Source of the DNA: a virus
DNA: 64,000 bases
Virus record (IMG/VR): IMGVR_UViG_3300030329_004520
Location: 1 to 64,000 of that record
Direction: 5' to 3' (one strand)
Both the position numbers and the translations under genes were made by a program. This document shows, one piece after another, positions 58,304 through 64,000 of the stretch. Below the pieces are notes generated by a model. It had not been told where the DNA came from. It did no database searches and saw nothing but the letters and a program-made list of their open reading frames with translations. The stretch's first letter is position 1. Each line of letters opens with the position of its first letter.

Positions 58304-61300
58304 ATGTCAACAAAAGTAAATATAAGTACTCTTCAATTTGAATTATCACAATCAGTTACCGCTAGTGGTGAAACGAAATTTACTACGGGTGAAACGGTTG
58401 AGGTTAGTTTTCTTACAAAAGGTTCTTCTCAGAATGGTGCCTTTACGAATCAAAATTTAGATTTATTCTATGCAGCAGATAAAGAATCACCTTCTTGGAC
58501 AAGATTTACTAATTATCCGAAAGCATTTTATTCACCATCTACTACAAATTATGTTACAAGAAGTTTTGTAGCGGGTGTTCCTACACCTATAGAAGCTGTT
58601 AAAATGGTAATAACAGGTTCAGTACATTCAACAGCTTCATATAATGTATCATTATCAGATGATGGTAATTATCCTGAAGTCAAATTAAATTATGATAATA
58701 TAGCTGTAAAAATACATACACCTAAAACAGAAATAACTGATGAGGGAGTTCTAATTTGGAATTCACCTAACAAGTATATCAAAGCAGATTCAGATGGTAT
58801 TGAAATTAAAGGTGGAGCAGCTGAAGTAGAAACTTTGATAGCGGACACTATCCAAGTATATGGTGATGTTACTGCATTTGGTCAAATGGTAACAACTAAT
58901 CTAGAACCATACACAGATAATCCAACTAACATAGGAACTACATCTACTCCAGGAGCAGCGGCCGAAACAAAATATGCCAAAGGAGACCATCAACACGATT
59001 TACCATTTTCAATTTTAAATTCAGTTGCACAAGAAGGAGAGTTTACAAATATAAGTGGTTCAGTATATTCAACCGGTTCATTTGGTAGAGTACAATTACC
59101 TGATAGTGGAAAAATAACTTTAGGAACAGGTAGAGATTTACAAATATATCATAATGGAACTAATTCATACATTCACGACGCTGGTTATGGTAATTTAAAA
59201 ATATTAGCTTCAAATCTAGACATACAAGACAAAGATGGAGCTAATTATATAACAGCTGTTGATAACTCTGGTGTTACGATATATCACAATGGTAATCAAA
59301 AATTTCAAACTCAAGTCGGTGGTGTAGAAATTCAAGGACATATAACTGCAAGTAATTTAGCTGCTGGTAATAATATAAGTGCGAGTGGAACAATAGTTGG
59401 TTCAAATTTAAGTGGAACAAATACAGGTGATGTTACATTAGCTGGTACAAGAGATTATATAACAATCAGTAATCAAGTGATTACACGAAATGAAATTGAT
59501 ATAATGGATGATACAAATTTATCTGTTTCAGATACAAGTGGTCAGACTGGTATTAATATGACATTTACTAGTGATAACATTTCAGGTGTTGTATCGGGTT
59601 TGACTACAACTTCTGATGTTCAATTCGCTAGTGTTACTGCCTCTAATATAACTAGTTCGAAAACGGGTTCAATAAGTCATATTGATGTAGATAAAATTTT
59701 AATTGGTGGTGCCCCCGTTTCAGATTCTGTAGTAAATATTAGACAAAATGCAGCTGTACCAATTACAAGTGATAGACAAGATAATGGAGACCACATTGTT
59801 TTAAAAAGAAGTGGAACAACAAGAGGAACTATACACACATCAGCAGCTTCAGGTCACGAATTTGAATTATATAGTGTAGGAGATTTAATTTTAAACAAAA
59901 CAGATGGTGACAATGTTGGTATTGGAAAACTATCTCCAACAAAAAAATTAGAAGTAGAAGGTGACATAAGTGCTAGTACAACAATATATGCTAACACATT
60001 TGATGGAAAAGATGTCACTACTACATTAGCCGACAAAGTTATTGACAGACTAACAGCCGGTAAAATAGTAAATGATAGATTAGCTAATAGTACAATAACA
60101 ATAGCGGGTTCATCAACAGCTTTAGGTACAAGTATATCAGCTAATACAATAGCAGGTCAAATAGGTAATGACCAAATAAGTGGTGACCAAATAAATGGTG
60201 GAACAATCGATTCAACTACAATTACACATTTATCATCTTCCAATATTACAGCCAGTGCAAACATAAGTGCAAGTGGTGATATTTTATCTGATGGTACTGG
60301 TTCATTTAAATATATAGAAGTTGTTGGAGATATATCAGCTAGTGGAACAATAACAGCAGATAACTTTGTTTCGACTGGAGCAGATGATATAATTGATTTC
60401 GGTGATAGTCTTTCTATAACAGGTAATATATCTGCTAGTGGTGATATAAGTGGAAGTGGAACTGGTTCATTTGGACATCTAATTGTTAAAACAGATTCTG
60501 CTGGAAGTTCAGGTTCATCTCTTTCTGTTGCCGTAGGCGGAGCTGCTAATAATACATTGACGATAAAAGATGTAGATACTAAAATAGGACATCCAAATAT
60601 ATCTTCAACTGGAACTTTATTCTTACAAGGAGGTGGTGGTGCCACACAAATTGGTGGAGACTTATTACCAACAGCTACTCGTGATGGTGATGATTTAGGT
60701 TCTTTAACTAGAGAATTTTCAAAATTATATGTTGTATCATCATCAGTAAGTCGTTCATTAGTAAATGAAAATTTAGAAGTAGGTCAAACAGGTTCATTCG
60801 GAAGAATCGGTATCGGAACATCAAATCCAATAGCACCATTAAATATAGCTCATGCATCTAATACTAGTGGCACTACTACTGGAACGACACTTCTAAGTCT
60901 TACACATTATGTCGGTTCAGGTTCAGCAGCTGAAGAAGAAGCTGATTCATCTGGTGATTTAAGAGCTCAAAAAACATTTATAGATTTTAATTTAAAAGAC
61001 GGAAATTCAAACTCTACACCACAAGTTAGGGTAGGAGCAGAAGTTGGAATCGATGATATGAATGCTAGTAATCTAGGAGAAGAGGGTGCGGGAGCATTTG
61101 TAGTTTATACAAATTCAGGTTCAAGTACTAATAACGATACAACTTATTTACTAGAAAGAATGAGAGTTAATCATATTGGTAATGTTGGTATTGGAACATC
61201 AAGTCCAACAGAAACATTGCATGTTGAAGGTTCAAAAGTTAGAGTTAAAATGGGTTCTGATTCTCTTGATATGCAACCATTAGCTTCAGAGTTTGCAGAC

Positions 61301-64000
61301 CATCCATATTTTGAAATAAAAGATTTTTCTGGTTCTCGCGCCGCATATTTTGGTGGAGGTGTTAGCGGTTCTTATACACATCTTTATACAGCACAGGGAA
61401 CTAATTTAGTATTAGCATCTGCTGGAGCAAATGTTGGTATTGGAACAATAGCACCAACAAAAGCATTACAGGTAAATGGTGACATAAGTGCAAGTGGTGA
61501 TTTATATGTTACAGATATACAATTTACAGGAACTACAAATTATATTAAAGATAAAGATGGTGATAATAGAATTTCATTAACAAGTGGTGGTGATACAATA
61601 TTTTATGACCACGATGGAACTGCAGCATTTTATATTGATACTACATCACCTCGTGTTGGTGTCGGAACAGCGACTCCTGATAAAGAATTACAAGTAGCTG
61701 GTGAAATATCATCAAGTGGTGATGTATATGTAGGTGGTAATCATTTAAGATTTACAGGAACTAACAATCACATCGATGCATCAACAGCAGGAACTATAAA
61801 GATAACATCACAAGGTACTGAAACAGCTACATTTACTGGAACAGCATCTACTTTAAGAAATCCGAATATAACAGATACAATTTCTTTATCTGGAACACAA
61901 ATAGTTGATGCATCAAGAAATTTAAATAATATAAATAATATAACAGCGACAGGAAACATAAGTGCAAGTAATAAAAGTGGAGTTCATACACTTGGTGGAA
62001 ATGTCGGTATCGGAGTAACAGACCCAGACAGACCTTTAGAAGTTGTATCAGGTAATGACAATATAGCTAAATTTTATTCAACTGATGATATAGCTATTGT
62101 AGAAGTAAGAGATAATGATACCACTACACATATTGTTGCAAAAGATAGTTATATGTCTTTAGGAGGAACTGGAGGACTTAACGCAAATAATTTAAATATA
62201 AATACATCTGATGGTAAAGTTGGTATCGGAACAACAAGTCCAGATAATCTATTACATCTTCGCGAAGCTGGCAATAGTAATGCACAACTTTACATATATG
62301 CTACAGGTTCTGCTGGTAATGAAAATGCAGCAGGTATTAAATTTAATGCATCAAATAACTATTCACAAGTAGGATTTATAAAAATTGATGATAATGGTTT
62401 CCAATTTGGAACAACTGATAACGAAGATATTAAATTTTTTACAGATGATAATGTAGAATCACTTAGATTAAAACACGCTTCTAATCAATCTGCAGATGTA
62501 CACTTTCACCCAGCTTCTGTGACTTTGTTTGTTTCACAAAGTGGAGCTGTTGGTATCAACACAACATCTCCTGGTAATTCATTACCAATTGGTTTTAATT
62601 CATCAACTCCAAAATTATTAGAGATTAAATCTGAAACAACTTCAGTTGATAGTGGTCTTCTCTTACGAAGAAGTGATAACGCTACTGGTTTAGATTTATG
62701 GTCTGATAGTCACAATGGTAAAGTGTTTATTGATAGTCTTCATAACGATGACGCTTCAGAAATGCACTTCAGAACAAGAACTTATAGTAGTGGAGATGCT
62801 GATAGTGCTATAACTATACTTGGTAGTGGAAATGTCGGTATCGGAGATACAGGTCCAGCTGAAAAATTAGTTGTTGATGGTAAAATACTTACAGATGATT
62901 CTGTTATGACACCAAAAGTTCAAGCAGCTGGCTCAACTGGATTATATTTAACTGATGATAGTGGTACAACGACAAGTGGTATTTTTGTACAAGATGGTGG
63001 TAATGTTGGTATCAACATAATAACTCCGAGTGAAAAATTAGATGTTAATGGAAACATAAAAACACACGGAAATATTTCATCACCAACTTTTGAAAGTGGG
63101 TTCGCTGGTAGTGGATTTAGAATCACATCTGGTTCAGATGGAAAAACATCTTTTGCAGTTGATGATTTAACCGTTAGAGGTTCAATGTCAGTATTTGAAT
63201 TATTGATTCACCAAATTAGAGCAACAAATGGTTCTCTATTCGTTTCTAATACTGGTAAATTAAATTCAGCTAGTTTAGATGATGGTGATAAAAAATATAC
63301 TTTATTTTTTGATACTGGAAGTCAATATGGTCATTCATTTGTAGTTGGTGATTTAATCAGAGCTCAAAGATTTAAACCTGATGCTAATGGTTCAGGTTCT
63401 CAAATTTTTAAATCAGACTTGCATGTTATTTCTACTAATACAACACAATCATTAGTAGCTGTATTATCAGGTTCAGATACTCCAGAAATAGGATATGATT
63501 ATGTAAGAATTGGAAATACTTCAAATGCTGATAGACAGGGTTCTGTTTATTTAACAGCTGATGATGCTAATGCACCATTCATTGATGTTGTTGATAATAT
63601 AAGTTCTCACTCTCATTGGAATACATCAGGTAGAGTAAAAGTTAGAATGGGTAAACTAGATGGTATAACAACATCTACTTTTGGTACACTTGATAAATAT
63701 GGATTCTATGCAAGTGGTAGTGCATATCTTGAAGGTTCAATAAATGCAACATCTGGTAAGATAGCTGAATTTTCAATAGATAGTTCTTCAATATCAAGTT
63801 CAAATGATAATTTAAAATTATTTAGTGATGGTGTAATATCAGGTTCAGATGTATTTTTTGATGGTGGACAAGTCGGTGGATTCACAATAGATACAAGTGA
63901 AATAAAATCAAATAATGCAAGTGGAGAGACAGGACTAAGATTAAAAGCAGGCGGACAGATAACTGGTTCAAATGTGTTAATTGGAGGTGATTCAGAAATA
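58304..64000 (+). CDS. giant tail-fibre-like protein 2 (runs off the window; absent from ORF track)
   Basis: ATG 58304; same frame at the window end (..TGSNVLIGGDSEI); NVGIGT..P..L.V.G repeats. Confidence 0.8.
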   Translation, partial: MSTKVNISTLQFELSQSVTASGETKFTTGETVEVSFLTKGSSQNGAFTNQNLDLFYAADKESPSWTRFTNYPKAFYSPSTTNYVTRSFVAGVPTPIEAVKMVITGSVHSTASYNVSLSDDGNYPEVKLNYDNIAVKIHTPKTEITDEGVLIWNSPNKYIKADSDGIEIKGGAAEVETLIADTIQVYGDVTAFGQMVTTNLEPYTDNPTNIGTTSTPGAAAETKYAKGDHQHDLPFSILNSVAQEGEFTNISGSVYSTGSFGRVQLPDSGKITLGTGRDLQIYHNGTNSYIHDAGYGNLKILASNLDIQDKDGANYITAVDNSGVTIYHNGNQKFQTQVGGVEIQGHITASNLAAGNNISASGTIVGSNLSGTNTGDVTLAGTRDYITISNQVITRNEIDIMDDTNLSVSDTSGQTGINMTFTSDNISGVVSGLTTTSDVQFASVTASNITSSKTGSISHIDVDKILIGGAPVSDSVVNIRQNAAVPITSDRQDNGDHIVLKRSGTTRGTIHTSAASGHEFELYSVGDLILNKTDGDNVGIGKLSPTKKLEVEGDISASTTIYANTFDGKDVTTTLADKVIDRLTAGKIVNDRLANSTITIAGSSTALGTSISANTIAGQIGNDQISGDQINGGTIDSTTITHLSSSNITASANISASGDILSDGTGSFKYIEVVGDISASGTITADNFVSTGADDIIDFGDSLSITGNISASGDISGSGTGSFGHLIVKTDSAGSSGSSLSVAVGGAANNTLTIKDVDTKIGHPNISSTGTLFLQGGGGATQIGGDLLPTATRDGDDLGSLTREFSKLYVVSSSVSRSLVNENLEVGQTGSFGRIGIGTSNPIAPLNIAHASNTSGTTTGTTLLSLTHYVGSGSAAEEEADSSGDLRAQKTFIDFNLKDGNSNSTPQVRVGAEVGIDDMNASNLGEEGAGAFVVYTNSGSSTNNDTTYLLERMRVNHIGNVGIGTSSPTETLHVEGSKVRVKMGSDSLDMQPLASEFADHPYFEIKDFSGSRAAYFGGGVSGSYTHLYTAQGTNLVLASAGANVGIGTIAPTKALQVNGDISASGDLYVTDIQFTGTTNYIKDKDGDNRISLTSGGDTIFYDHDGTAAFYIDTTSPRVGVGTATPDKELQVAGEISSSGDVYVGGNHLRFTGTNNHIDASTAGTIKITSQGTETATFTGTASTLRNPNITDTISLSGTQIVDASRNLNNINNITATGNISASNKSGVHTLGGNVGIGVTDPDRPLEVVSGNDNIAKFYSTDDIAIVEVRDNDTTTHIVAKDSYMSLGGTGGLNANNLNINTSDGKVGIGTTSPDNLLHLREAGNSNAQLYIYATGSAGNENAAGIKFNASNNYSQVGFIKIDDNGFQFGTTDNEDIKFFTDDNVESLRLKHASNQSADVHFHPASVTLFVSQSGAVGINTTSPGNSLPIGFNSSTPKLLEIKSETTSVDSGLLLRRSDNATGLDLWSDSHNGKVFIDSLHNDDASEMHFRTRTYSSGDADSAITILGSGNVGIGDTGPAEKLVVDGKILTDDSVMTPKVQAAGSTGLYLTDDSGTTTSGIFVQDGGNVGINIITPSEKLDVNGNIKTHGNISSPTFESGFAGSGFRITSGSDGKTSFAVDDLTVRGSMSVFELLIHQIRATNGSLFVSNTGKLNSASLDDGDKKYTLFFDTGSQYGHSFVVGDLIRAQRFKPDANGSGSQIFKSDLHVISTNTTQSLVAVLSGSDTPEIGYDYVRIGNTSNADRQGSVYLTADDANAPFIDVVDNISSHSHWNTSGRVKVRMGKLDGITTSTFGTLDKYGFYASGSAYLEGSINATSGKIAEFSIDSSSISSSNDNLKLFSDGVISGSDVFFDGGQVGGFTIDTSEIKSNNASGETGLRLKAGGQITGSNVLIGGDSEI

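Noticed and set aside
55540-63760. Diversity-generating retroelement TR/VR pair
   Set aside because: Differences are synonymous changes at all bases, not adenine-specific, and no reverse transcriptase is in the window

Overview
A 64-kb, very AT-rich segment of a large tailed (myovirus-type) phage genome, almost all on the + strand. About 1-22 kb is accessory/early: a MoxR-type AAA+ ATPase with a distant VWA partner, RimK-like ligase, DenV, a minus-strand operon (CCA-adding enzyme, ferredoxin, Nudix), Hsp20, peptide deformylase, PhoH, HD and 3D proteins, and a gp55-like sigma factor. About 23-46 kb is a baseplate/tail module, 46-52 kb holds RuvC-like, primase and fused Mre11-Rad50 genes, and 52 kb to the end holds two giant tail-fibre-like proteins. 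The most striking unexplained structure is regulatory: six TGTTACA-N3-TGTTACA boxes at a fixed 9 nt (once 19 nt) upstream of sigma70-type -35 elements. One of these promoters precedes a ~400-nt structured non-coding region ending in a hairpin whose loop is complementary to the AAAGGAGT ribosome-binding site of the box-controlled genes. Also notable: a late-promoter-like ATATTTATA motif, capsid-targeting-like leaders on the CCA enzyme and its neighbour, an in-frame TGA in the Nudix gene, and a C-terminal Hint domain on a virion protein. All functional calls come from motif recognition by eye; no database searches were run.
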